Shown here: positions 13,210 to 26,390 of the stretch, in pieces
Layout: each line of letters opens with the position of its first letter
How positions within the stretch are numbered: position 1 is the first letter of the stretch
Assembly (NCBI GenBank): GCA_951406725.2
Contig: OX597821.1
Span: 51,460,001-51,524,000 of the forward strand
Reading direction: 5' to 3'
DNA from: Octopus vulgaris
Lineage: Eukaryota
Length of the DNA stretch: 64,000 nucleotides
Notes under the pieces: model-generated
Told to the model about the DNA's origin: nothing
Database searches by the model: none
The model's input: only the letters and a program-made list of their open reading frames with translations
Made by a program: the position numbers and the translations under genes

Positions 13210-13290
13210 GATTCAGCTATGTCAGACGCCTGAAGGAACGAGCTCCTCTAAGGAGCCTGTGAAACTTGAAGTAGCACGGAACCCGAATCA
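13210..13290 (+). ncRNA. Hammerhead-like unit, plus polarity, right arm of inverted pair
   Basis: GATTC..GACGC-CTGAAGGA-ACGAGCTCC tctaa GGAGCCTGT-GAA-ACT tga AGT-A-GC..GAATC; 9-bp stem II with one mismatch, GUA site. Confidence 0.55.
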
Positions 13291-13295
13291 GCTTT

Positions 13296-13359
<64 letters not shown>

Positions 13360-13453
13360 CATATATATCATGTATGTATGTGTTCATATAATAAATGATA
13401 TATATATATATATAATGGTACATAAACACACATACATACACATTTATATATAC

Positions 13454-13516
<63 letters not shown>

Positions 13517-13591
13517 AGAGAGAGAGAGAGAGAGAGAGAGTATATATATAGAATATATACATACATATATATATATATATAGAATATATAA

Positions 13592-13638
<47 letters not shown>

Positions 13639-13984
13639 TATATATAGATATATATACAAACATACATACAAACGTACATACATTCATACGCACATACATA
13701 CATATATACATACATATGCGTGTATGTATCCATTCGACTTGAAAAAGATTTCAGTTCCAGATTATTGTAAATCAGTTTGCAGTCCGCCAGAACGCTATAC
13801 ATTACAAGTGTTCTTCAGCTTTTAGAGACAACTGTGTACTCACTTGAAACTATTGAGAACAGAACAAACCGAAAAGAAAAATATATATTTCCATATTCCA
13901 AGACGATGAAGAATATTGATTGATATTATTTCATTTAAGTGTATTTTCTTCATCTTTGGTAGTTCCTGAGTAATGGTTTTGAAA

Positions 13985-14138
13985 CAGCTACGTCGTAGTA
14001 CATGGTATGTACTACCCTTAACCTCCGTCAACCAAATTCTTTTAAACGACACATTTACAGAGTGCCATGATATAGGAGTGAACCTGGGACCATGTGACTG
14101 AGCAGTAAACATCTTATGACACAGCCACACCTGCGCCT
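13985..14138 (-). mobile_element. tRNA-derived SINE, family A, diverged
   Basis: Reverse complement: AGGCGCAGGTGTGGCTGTGTCATAAG..GGTCCCAGGTTCACTCC. Confidence 0.75.
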
Positions 14139-14626
14139 ATGAATATATATATATATATATGTGTGTGTGTTGTTGTTGTTGTTGTTGCTGTTGCTGCTGT
14201 CGTGTGTGCGCGTACATATTTGAGAAAAGGCGGTTAATTCATGTTAGCAGCATAATCATTTAATGGTTTCAACTCGGAACATTAATTTTATTATCGGACA
14301 TAATACCATAATACCATATTAATGTGTAAGTCACTTTTCGTTACATTTCTCTCCGAATCCCAGATTCAGAAAATATAAAGACATTGGAGCAATAACAACT
14401 GTCGCGTGTATTCATTTATAGTTCAATATATATTGAAAAAGATATTCCCTTTAGAATTCAGTAAATATTTTAAAATTTCATGATCTTCAAAATATACTAT
14501 CTATAGCACAGACATTCCCGGTAAAACAGGTATACATATACATACTTTTATATATATATAAATTCATAAATGAGAGTGAAAAATTAGATATTAATTTAAT
14601 AATACCATCAGTTTAACACCAAGTGG

Positions 14627-14667
<41 letters not shown>

Positions 14668-14966
14668 TGCATGTATGTATGTGTATGTGTGTGTGTGCGT
14701 CTGTGCTCGCGCATGTGTCTGAATATATGTATATACTTATATGTACGTGTGTGTGTATAGTTTATAAAGATATTCAGTTGCGGTACAAAATATAATACGT
14801 GGGCCAGGTTAATCTATTGATATCATCATCTTAGCTTGGAACTGAGGGAATATATGAATTTTATGAAAATAGTTTAAAAATTTTATCACATAAATGACGA
14901 ATAATTACATTAGTTTTCAGCTTGTCGAAATTTTAGAGTTTAGTTTTAATACCAATACTTACACAT

Positions 14967-15024
<58 letters not shown>

Positions 15025-16213
15025 GTGTGTGTGTGTGTGTGTGCTAAAAGGACAATGGGAAGCGTGTTGTCTGGTGAGTTTCTTCGAGAGCCTCGAGTTG
15101 AATACTTAATGCATTTAGTGAAATTTCTTCGATAGAACAGAACCAGTATGTAAGACTATTGTGTAAACAAATATACATCCAAATTACACAAAAACACTCA
15201 CGCATACAAACGTACATCCACACATATCTGTATGGGTGTGTGTCTACATCTATATTATTTGGTACTGATTCTATATTTCTGAAAGAGAAGCATTTATATC
15301 ATGTACACTGTTTACATTAGACAGACGGTTTACATTAGTCGAACCCATCTTGGTTGATGCCAAAACGTAGACAAAGCAACAATGAAGATGAACTCCTCCG
15401 ATTAATGTAAGCGGTGTTCATACTTAAAACCAGTTACATTGATGTACGTTCATAACATAGCGGTTCGATAAAGTTTTTAAGAACGAAATTAAAGAGGAAT
15501 ACCATTGAAGGTTCTGCTCCTTATGGCTGCAATCCAATAAGCAATAAAAAACAAAAACAAAGTGAATAAAAGAATATTTACAGCAGACTTGATCTAAAAT
15601 ATTATAAAAATATAATTTATCTCTTATGGATTATTTTATATCCTTGATTGCGGGTATATGATGCCAACGAAGCGAGAGTAAAGCAATATTCGCAGACGTG
15701 ACTTCCAACTACCAACACGTGAGACTCCAGCACCTTCTTTTTTTTACCTTAGTGAGACATGTTACCATTTATAAATGTTCGACAACTCCACCTTGTAATC
15801 ACACAGGCGTGTTAATGTTTATCATCATAGATTATACCCACGATTTCGTTCTATTTTTCGGTGCATAACAAAAACAGTAGATTCGTAGTTAGTTAGGTTG
15901 GATGGTACCATTGTATATATATATATTTAATAAAATACAAAATGGGACAAGAAAGTAAAACCTTCGGACAACTAGGTGATACAAAAAGGAACAACAAACA
16001 TCCAGATAGACGATGCAAAAAAACATAGACGCGTCATTCGAAGCCTTTTATCCTTAGTCAAGAACCGGATTCTCCTCGCAATTTCGACTGATTAATCTTG
16101 AGATTGCTCCAATCTTGCCAGTGGAAAAACTAAGCTAAGAGTATTAGATTCCTTGGAAAAAAGCACCGAATGTATACGAAAACAAGGAATGGAAAACAGA
16201 CGATGTTACATGA

Positions 16214-16309
<96 letters not shown>

Positions 16310-16396
16310 CATATATATATATGTGTATATATATATAGCGGCGTACGTACAGTTTAGTCTCTTATATGTAAGTATATATATATATATATATATATA

Positions 16397-18037
16397 CACT
16401 TGCGTCGGAAATTAATTAGCAGTTCTCAAATTTCTACATTTTCTTACATTTTCTTAATTTAATTAACTTATTATCAGAAACGAACTCGTTTATAATCAAA
16501 AATTTATTAAAACACATCCCAGCACACCACATAATTGTTATTAATCGTGAAATTTAGTCAATATCTTGTTGCTACTCCTTTGGCAGCAATGACAGCTGCT
16601 ACGCGGGTCGGCATGCTGTCTATGAGTGCCTGCAGATACTGTGCAGGGATGGCCCTCCATGCAGCAAGAAGTGCCCCAAACAGCTTGTGTCGGTTCAGGT
16701 CAGGTGACTGGCCAGGCCAGTCCATGACTGTCACCCTATGGTCCTTGAAGAAACCGGTTGTGAGCTTGGCTGTGTGGGAAGGCACGTTGTCCTGCTGGAG
16801 CACGTACTCCTCGCCACCAAAGAGGTATCCCGTAGTATCTCAACGTACTTTGCTGCGTTGATGTTGCCTTCGACGGCATAGAGCCGCCCAACACCACTGT
16901 AGCTGAACGCCCCTCACACCATCAGACCACCCCCACCATGCTTCATGGCGAGAGCAATGCAGTCTTTGTTGAAGCGCTCACCCCTGCGGCATCGCACATG
17001 GACACGCTTGTCACTGACGAGACTGAATCGCGACTCGTCAGTGAACATCACTGTCCACCACTGCTGCACGGTCCATGTCTTGTGGGCACGGGCCCAGAGC
17101 AGCCGCCTCTTCCAGTTTTGGGCTGTAAGGAGCGGCTTATGGGCGGCCCTACAGGATTTTAGACCAGCTTCCAGTAATCTGGTCTTGACGGTGGTTGTAG
17201 ACAACTGCTTCCCTGTCATCTTTTTCATCTCCTCCGCCAGTTGCCGGCTCGTTGCCCTTCGGTTGTACAGCGACTTTCGGATCAGCATCCGGTCCTCCCG
17301 CTGGGTCGTCAGCCTCTTCCGTCCCCTACCCTTTTTGTCAGCTGCTGATCCGGTTTCCTCGTATTTCTTAAATAAGCACTGAATTGTGCGCCTGGCTACA
17401 CCAAGTTTTCTGGCTATTGCAGCTTCCCACGCCACAAGAGAGCCTCGTACCGTCTCTCCAAGGTCATGCGAGGTCTTGGGCCCATCTAGGAATGAACGAT
17501 AAAAACCAGTTATTTTCATTAAAACTATTCATTTGAATAATGTTATGCTATAACAAAACTGCTATGAGTTATTATTCATTAAACAAAAAAGAAAGAAAGC
17601 AGAATTTCTCACCTTATTTGATGTATAACAGAAAGCTTTGTGAACCAGAAGTGACGTCATCAAGCAGAGTGTAGGAGAATTTGTGAGGAAAAAAAATCTT
17701 GCAAATACACAAATCAATTAACCTACGAGCTGTTCAAAACGTCTTACGCGATGAGAAAACTTAGTACGGTGTGATTTCGGTCCTTGCGAGGCGCTACCTA
17801 TATCTATTAAACAAAGGAAGATTTGTCTGCATCCGCACTCCAAGTTGTTGTTGCACTGCTATGTCAACATCATTAGGCTGTAGACTCTCAAACTGCTCTG
17901 CAAACAAAGTTACGTCATCGTTCTGCGCAACAGTGAACTCACAACAAAGCAATAGTTCGAGATATGGCCACTGGGTGACAGCAAATACCTTGAGTGAAGA
18001 GAAAATCAAGGATGCTAATTAATTTCTGACGGTAGTG
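16397..18037 (-). mobile_element. Tc1-family DNA transposon, TIR to TIR, defective
   Basis: 25-bp TIRs CACTTGCGTCGGAAATTAATTAGCA and reverse-complemented CACTACCGTCAGAAATTAATTAGCA (3 mismatches), each flanked by TA within (TA)n; internal Tc1 transposase. Confidence 0.95.
16558..17485 (-). pseudogene. Tc1 transposase pseudogene
   Basis: Motifs IARKLGV, GRGRKRLTT.REDR, KPLLT, VMFTDESRF, KHGGGGLMV, QQDN.PSH, WPGQSPDLN, LIDSMPTRV..VI.AKG..TRY*. Frameshifted, and the PIENLW segment with the catalytic Glu is deleted after SPDLN. Confidence 0.92.
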
Positions 18038-18089
18038 TATATATATATATATATATATCATATTTAATATCAGCTACCTTGTGCCAACA

Positions 18090-18717
18090 TACAGCGACTC
18101 TGGAGGACATATGTACTCAGCTATCTGTAGAAAGCAATCAGTTGCGATTACTCACCTACACAGTGTCAAATTAATAGTGGAACTTGAGTCACTTCAGCGG
18201 TGCTACATCAGGAAAACTGCATCAATATAACAGTTGAGCAACTGGGAGAGACTGAAAGAGTCACACCTCTACCCGCTGGAGCGAAGACGGGAGAGATATG
18301 CAACGATATATGTATGGAAGATCCTTGAGAGTTTGGAATCAAACTGTTGTATTGAGAGCTAACTAGACATCACTGCACTGTTGCAAATGCCCCAGCCCCC
18401 CTGTTGAGAGCGAGGCCCATGTACTGTAATAGCTTGGGATTCAAATGCCCACGGCTATTTAATACCTAGCCAAAATATCTGAGAGATTTTCGAAGAATAA
18501 GATTAAATGTTTTTAAGAAACAACTTCACCTCCTGCAGTCCAAGGTCCCAGATGAACCTACACCACGGCAAGAAACTCAAAACAAGGCAGCAGTATAGGC
18601 CTGTTCTTTCACCAACAGACAATCACCAAGGAATCACCAATAAAAATGTAATAACACGCGCGGTGCCCCAGCATGACAGTAGCCTTTGGCCTGAACGCAT
18701 ACATGAATAAAAGAATA
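18090..18717 (+). mobile_element. Old 5'-truncated CR1/L2-type LINE 3' end
   Basis: Translates LESLQRCYIRK..WERLKESHLYPLERRRERYATIYVWKILE, homologous to WGRLEKLKLYSLQRRRERYIICMMWKI in the 61954 ORF; ends GCGGTGCCCCAGCATG..AATAAAAGAATA. Confidence 0.85.
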
Positions 18718-18729
18718 CACACACGCACG

Positions 18730-18766
<37 letters not shown>

Positions 18767-18871
18767 GAGTTTTAACTGCATGGAGGTCGAAAAGTCCAAG
18801 AAATCTCAAGTTATACAAAATATGGGAAATTAACCCAAAAATTAGAATTACAATAGATAGATAGGTAGATA

Positions 18872-19413
18872 TGTTTCTTTATTAGCCACACAGGGCTGAA
18901 CACAGACAGGACAAATTACAAGGTAGAGCTTTTCTTTTGGGGGATAAAAAAGGGGGTTTGGTTTTCGATCAAAAGGAATCGTAAAAGGAAAGAAAGAGGA
19001 AAGTAAAAAGAGGTGGAGGATAAAAGGAAAAAGAAAAAATCGATCAATAGGGATCGCTATCACAGAAATGTCAATATGAAGTGTAAGGGGGATGACAGGT
19101 GAGGTTTACCCGTCGAAAGAAAAGCCTACGGAAAAGACCACGGTAACCTCGGTCAATGAACTCACGTGTTATATTTTTTTTACAAATAAGCAACTCTCTG
19201 TATTAATTTTTACGGTTCATAGGATCATGGTCAAGGTGGCTTCGTTATTCATACGTGCCATCCTTGCTACATTCACCCATCTTTTTTTAAAACGTTCATT
19301 AGACAAAACTTGCCTCTCTACTCTCACTTTCCTCTTCAAGTGATACTTGAAGAAGTTGATGAGAGATTGACCAGAGAGGAAAGTGCTTGTCTCTAATCCT
19401 TTCAGGTGCGTTC
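18872..19413 (-). mobile_element. 5'-truncated Tx1/L1-clade LINE with 15-bp target-site duplication in a GATA array
   Basis: Minus frame LKGLETSTFLSGQSLINFFKYHLKRKVRVERQVLSNERFKKRWVNVARM..L*, a 3' UTR ending AATAAAGAAAC, and ATAGATAGGTAGATA repeated at 18857-18871 and 19414-19428. Clade assignment is from recalled C-terminal similarity. Confidence 0.75.
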
Positions 19414-19433
19414 ATAGATAGGTAGATAGATAG

Positions 19434-19501
<68 letters not shown>

Positions 19502-20466
19502 GACATACATATATATATGTATATATAATTGTCCTGCTGGTGAAACCGATTGAAGCAGAAACAAGGTTCCACAGTTACCGTTTTATCTCCAGGCTATAAA
19601 TCTTTTCATTTTCTTAATGACATATCAAATATGGTGAATTCTTGACTCTTGAGATTGATTATCTCTCTGTCTTATATGCAACTGGTCTCAACTCCTACTT
19701 GGTAATTATGTTACATCCTTCACTGGCTAAGATAGTTTTAATAAATCAAGTATGTACGTTGCATGGAAATTCATAGACATGTACGTTTCTGCGATGTACG
19801 TACCTACGAGTGGCCACTCTCCCGTTTTTCTTTTAGCTATGTTTATTAATGTGCCTATATACGTAGACACACACACACATACACATGCAAATGTGTATGT
19901 ATATATTATGATACACATTCCAGATGCACACCTAAAACATAGGAAATTACTAAAATATAGAATTTGGGAAAACATCTAGTTATTCAAATGGCTTCCCAAA
20001 ACACTCCTTTAACACCCCACCACCTTCCAACTCCACCCCCAATCAATTATCTTTTGTTGATCTTTCATTACTCTCTTTCATCTACCATTCATCAAGTTTT
20101 TCACTCCCACACTGACTAATAAACACCAACCACACTCCAAACACACCCAAATCCTATATATAGAACCACAAATCCCCAAATCCTTAGATCCGTTTGACAA
20201 TGAATCCGAGAAGGGTCTCCCAAAAAGTCAACGAGAACATTTCTTTAAATATATTCTCCACACCCAATTTAACAAAGTACTTACTAGATCTTTGAACTAA
20301 AATATATATTATCAAAAAAATCAAAAAATAATAAACTTAACTGAATAGAACTACCGGTGAAATTCTTTTTCTTTTCTCAAATATGTATTATGAGATATAC
20401 ATAAACATATATACATAGAAATATATGTATATATATGTATTTACATGTAAATATATATACATATGC

Positions 20467-20532
<66 letters not shown>

Positions 20533-21256
20533 CTGTGTGTGTGTGTGTGTGTCTGTGTGTGTGCGTGTATGTGTGTGCATATGTGTGCGTGTATGTGTTG
20601 AAGCATATACTGTTGTGTCTGGTGAAGTCATTATCTTTTAGTGTCTTATAAATTAACACATTCACAGGTTTGAGTCAAAACTATTAAAAAGGTTGCAAAA
20701 CTTTTAACGCACTAAAAGGGCATGACTCTCCCCAGACACAACAGTATATATATATATATATATATATCAGATTATGCAGGACAAGCACAATCACAAACCA
20801 CACACGCAAGAGAACACTCACCTACACACACGTGCTGCAAGGGTACACCCCGCCACACAAACACGCTCTCACACACATAGATACGACAAGCTTCTTTCAA
20901 TGGGACAGAACCAGCAATCGAGTGGCTGAGAAGCCAACTTCTAACCTCACATCAACAGCCACATGTACTTTAAGCTGAGAAACAGTTGCTGTTAAATACA
21001 AATATCGAATGGCACAATAAATTTTTCGATAGTAAATATATATATATATATATATATATATTTATTTATATTTGCATACACTATAGTTTTGTTTTAATTT
21101 TGTATTGTAATATATATATATTATGTGCTTTATAGAATGATACATTAATGAGCATTTTTATGAGTACCACCGGATTACTTGAATCCATATACTGTGGCTT
21201 AAATTTATATATCTATGTACATACATACATATACATATATATATACATACCTACAT

Positions 21257-21302
<46 letters not shown>

Positions 21303-21603
21303 GCATATATCTGAATGAATATGAAGAGAAACGACAATGAAGAGCATGCATGTAAACTATATGTATACACATACAAATATACATAAATCTTTTAATATAT
21401 GACTATTTTTGCGTTTATATACGTAGGAGTGCGTGTGTGTGTGATTGTGTGTACGTGCACACAGGCATGCAGGAAACTTTTATTTCTAATTAACTCGAAA
21501 ATCTCTAGATATTGTACGATAAATTCTAATTTTAAAATCTCACTCAGTAATTTAACAACGCTCAGTAATTTTATTAAACGTCAATTAAGGTCAGTACCCC
21601 TGT

Positions 21604-21649
<46 letters not shown>

Positions 21650-21719
21650 AATAATATATAAATATATGCATATATACATACATATATGTACATACCTATA
21701 TCTATATGTATATATACAT

Positions 21720-22645
21720 GCATATATGGGTACAGGACATCAAAAAAACGTAGAGCACAATGAGAAATGTAAACATAAAAACAAATACATGGAAACGAAC
21801 TATTTTTCAAACAACGAAAAAACAGAGTACAAGACATACAACGCAAGGAATATTCCCCTTCTTCAGTTATCCCTGTTTCGTCTACTTCGCGTTTCAAAGG
21901 TAATGACAAGACGCGACTTCGTTGAAACAGTCCTTCCCGCAATGCAAATTAAATAAAATTTTGGATTTTTTGCGGAGGGGTAAAAGTGGTAAAAAGAATA
22001 GGACAGTAAGAACAAAACAAGACAGTAAAAACAATAAAAGCAAAAAGAATAAAAGACAGAACAAAGAGAATAACACATTAAAAACAGACGATGGGAGTTG
22101 TTAAGCCAAGACGATGGAAAAATTATTTTGAACGCTTGAGGAGACAGCTTATTATGAGAGAGACAGAATAAGCGGTCTTGTCTTGGTGGAGATAGCAGTT
22201 GGAAAGATTGCTTCCCTCTGGTCACGTGTCAGTGACGAGAGATTCGAGGAGGAGGAGGAGGATGAAGAGGAGGAGTAAGGGAGAAGTAACAGTGAAGGGA
22301 AGCGGAGAAGAATAGTAATGGTATGACGACAAAAGAATGGGTGAGACCTCGATATTATGTAAATAGAGTAATTTATCTGCAATGCAATATGTGACAATTA
22401 TTCGGTTCCCATAATAAAACTCCAAGTTTCGGATGTCGGGGCGGAAATCTGCTCCGGCATCTCGTCAATTATCACGGCAATCAAAAAATGCTATCTGTGT
22501 ACTAATTTGTATAAATTCGATTGTGAAGGTGAGGACTTTCTCTAGCAGTTCCTTAGAGATAGAGGCAGAGAAATCGACAATATCGAATTGCGTAATTCTC
22601 GCTTTATTCCTATTCCTGATGGCTTTAAATCAGTCAACGACTTCT
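21720..22645 (-). mobile_element. Penelope-like element remnant (RT fragment plus pseudo-LTR)
   Basis: Minus strand 22500-22645 reads EVVD*FKAIRNRNKARITQFDIVDFSASISKELLEKVLTF, matching the PLE RT motif QFDIxxFYPSI; followed by a hammerhead motif. Confidence 0.75.
22411..22475 (-). ncRNA. Type I hammerhead ribozyme, C3 mutated to U
   Basis: Minus strand GATAA-TTGACGA-GATGCCGGAGCAGA tt TCCGCCCCGACATC-C-GAA-ACT tgg AGT-T-TTATT. Confidence 0.6.
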
Positions 22646-22652
22646 ATCTTTA

Positions 22653-22685
<33 letters not shown>

Positions 22686-22688
22686 ATC

Positions 22689-22774
<86 letters not shown>

Positions 22775-22939
22775 TAGATATAGATATAATAACCCTATAC
22801 AGCCGTCACTCAAATACATATATCGAAACACTCCATATCTATCCACCTTATTGTCCCGTGTATTATCTGCTTCTCTATTTGAGTTATGTATGCATGTATT
22901 TATTTATACATACATAAATACACACACGTACACACACAC

Positions 22940-22976
<37 letters not shown>

Positions 22977-23005
22977 CATATATATATACATATATAACAT
23001 ATATA

Positions 23006-23044
<39 letters not shown>

Positions 23045-23302
23045 CATACACACATATCCATAATTTGATAAATAGCTAGATAGATGCACTTGCACAAGCA
23101 CAATCACACTCGCACATACACACACAGTCACACACACACACACACACAAACACAATCACGCAATTTAACCTGTTACAACCGATGGTGGCAAGTATTAATT
23201 TTAAATCGGCGCGAGAGATCTGCGCAGTTTTTCGTGCTGTAATGCTTTTTTCCGAAAGATCAGCATGAACAGCCTCCATGTTGATCCATATGTCCGGTGA
23301 AT

Positions 23303-23697
23303 AAGGCGGTGAACTGGCAGAAATGTTAACATGACGGGTGAAATGCTTAACGGTATTTCGTCTGCCGTTACGTTCTGAGTTTAAATTCCGCCGAAGTCGA
23401 CTTTGCCTTTCATCCGTTCGGCGTCGATTAAATAAGTACCAGTTACGCACTGAGGTCGATATAATCGACTTAATCCGTTTGTCTGTCCTTATTTGTCCCC
23501 TCTGTGTTTAGACCCTTCTAGGTAGTAAAGAAATAGGTATATTGTCTTACGTTGTAAGTTCAAATTCCGACGATGTTGCCTATGCCTTTCATCCTTTCGG
23601 GGTCGATAAATTAAGTACCAGATGCGTACTGGAGTTGATCTAATCGACTGGCCCCCTCTCCCATAGTTCGCGGGACTTGCGCTTAGAGTAGAAAAGA
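23303..23697 (+). mobile_element. Two tandem family B SINEs (first near full length)
   Basis: Head AAGGCGGTGAACTGGCAGAAATGTTA, central GCCTTTCATCC.TTCGG.GTCGAT.AA.TAAGTACCAG present twice, tail TTTGTCCCCTCTGTGTTTAG..TAAAGAAATAGG. Confidence 0.9.
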
Positions 23698-24001
23698 AAA
23701 AAATATGTTCGTTCAATAAACTGTACTTCTCTCATGCGCTGAAACAAGCATCAGTTCCTAAGATTGATTTCAATTGCGTACCCCATTGAATAGATAATTT
23801 AAATAACGGCATTTGGGAGATTGTCTACTGTTACTAATATGCTGGTGATCTGGCATATGACAACTTTTTATTTTCATTTTGTGTAAACTGCTCTAGAAGT
23901 CACTTACATATATGATAATGTAAATATATACATAAGTCTGTATGTGTATGTATGTGTGTATGTGTATATGTATGTGTGTGTGTGTTTGTGTGTGTGTGTG
24001 T

Positions 24002-24037
<36 letters not shown>

Positions 24038-24243
24038 TGTGTGTGTGAGCGTGTTTATATGAATGTGTAAAATATGAGAGAAAGAACATGGAATTCACGA
24101 GAGTCTTATCACTACGATCGTACCGGTCCAGTACCGATGCTTCGAGGGTGAGATGCTGTACAAACAGTTGTTTTGCATCATAGTTATTCATGTGTTTCAT
24201 CGGGTGACTTGTCAAGTGGTGGCTGGTTTTCTTCAAAATCTCT

Positions 24244-24319
24244 TTCACTTATTTCGAAAAGTATCGCTGAAGAGGTCACAGATGTGTCACGAAAGATTTC
24301 CGGAAAATAAAGGAGTGAA
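24244..24319 (+). ncRNA. Type I hammerhead ribozyme candidate with intact core
   Basis: TATCG-CTGAAGA-GGTCACA ga TGTGTCAC-GAA-AGATTT-C-CGGAA; distal stem I TTCACT/AGTGAA and TATTT/AAATA; stem II imperfect. Confidence 0.6.
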
Positions 24320-24496
24320 GAACAAATATATAATGTGTGCGTATATTTCACACACACACACACAAAATGACAATTCCGAAATACTACAATATCTGTTTCA
24401 ACACAAGATTTCATATCAGGAATCTTGCAACATAAATTGATTGATATGTGTATGTGTGTGTGCACGTGAGTGTCTGTAAATATATACATATATACT

Positions 24497-24538
<42 letters not shown>

Positions 24539-24542
24539 TACT

Positions 24543-24604
<62 letters not shown>

Positions 24605-24816
24605 TATATATATAAATATGTATATATGTATATACATATATATATATATATGTATGTATATATATATAAACATGTATATATGTATATACATATATATATA
24701 TATGTGTATATATATATGTATATATATATATATATATAAACATGTATATATGTATATATATATATATAAATATATATACATATATTTATACGTACATATA
24801 TATGTATATATATGCG

Positions 24817-24872
<56 letters not shown>

Positions 24873-25560
24873 GACGTACATACACACACACACGTACATA
24901 CACACACACACATATATATTTATATCCCAGACGTTGGATGAATTTTCCATTAACGCCAGCTGTCGTATACCATTATAGGTGAGTACCACGAAGTACGCTG
25001 AGAAATAATCGTATGTGATTTGGAAGTTAGTATGTAGTATTTTAAACATAAACAAGTCAGCAATATTTGATCTACATGAGTTTTGTGCTTGAGGTGCACA
25101 CCTTCAAAAAGAGGGCACTATAAAACAGAATAATTTGTGTTATAATGAAGACAATCTCTTCCTGTTTCAAGAAAAACATTCTGCCAGTATCGCGTTTATT
25201 AGTTGCGAAGCGGTTTTATAGTTTCTTCATAGTTACAGATAGCTGATAAAGATATAGTGATAATTTAGTCTGTAATATACTCAAATGGGCTAAAAATATA
25301 TTTTGAACAGAATATCTTAAAGCAATATCTGGATGCGAGCACGCGCTCACACACACACATATACACACACACACGCACACGCACACACACATACATATGG
25401 AATCCTTATATCTCGGTTTTCCTTCTTTGGTTCACAAGCGTACATTTTTTTCTATCTGGTTATATATCATTATATATAGATATCTTTATGAACAGACGAC
25501 TCTAATATGCTTTCTCGTTTGAGAAACTTGTGATACTGAATTTATCAATATTTCTTACCT

Positions 25561-25601
<41 letters not shown>

Positions 25602-25615
25602 TACATTTATGTATG

Positions 25616-25647
<32 letters not shown>

Positions 25648-26390
25648 CGTACATAAATACATATCTCATAATATAGTTTATATATCAAATCAGTGAGTAA
25701 ATAGATGTAAGCAATGATTCTAATGCATTCACTAAGTACAAATATTTATATATTCTAGATTTAATTTTAGAGGCGACTGAATGTCCAATAAATCTCATGT
25801 AAAATATATTACGTAGGAATACACAGCCACGTGGATATTCTCATTTTAATGAAGTTGTAGGCAAATATACGTAAAGTGATAGCAATGCAACCACAATAAT
25901 ACTTGTTGCTATTATGTGTTGTTGAGTCGTATACGTGGTTCATAATATATTAATTCCTACAGAACAGCATCGGAATCACAAAAAGAAACGACAGCATTTT
26001 AGTAATGATTAAAATTGTTCCAAGAATATTTCATGCAAACCTATTTCTAGAAAGTCTCCATTACGACGCTCGTCGAATAAAAAATAATAAATGATACAAA
26101 TAAGATAGATAATGTAATCCAAAATATATGCATCAGCGGTTGATAGAATATATGAAATACATTTTTTGAAGTAAAACATTACTAACATTAGTTGGAAACG
26201 ATGTTTTGGATAAATAGAAACTGAAGTGTAATATGGTGCATAACTGAGTCACAAGTAATTATAGGTCAATCGTTGAACATTTTGGAAAAGCATGAACCTC
26301 ACAACTTGACATTACATTAAAATACGTTGAAGCTTCGTTATAACATTCTGTTATAACTTCAGTTAAGCTGTACACAAAACACAAAAAAAT

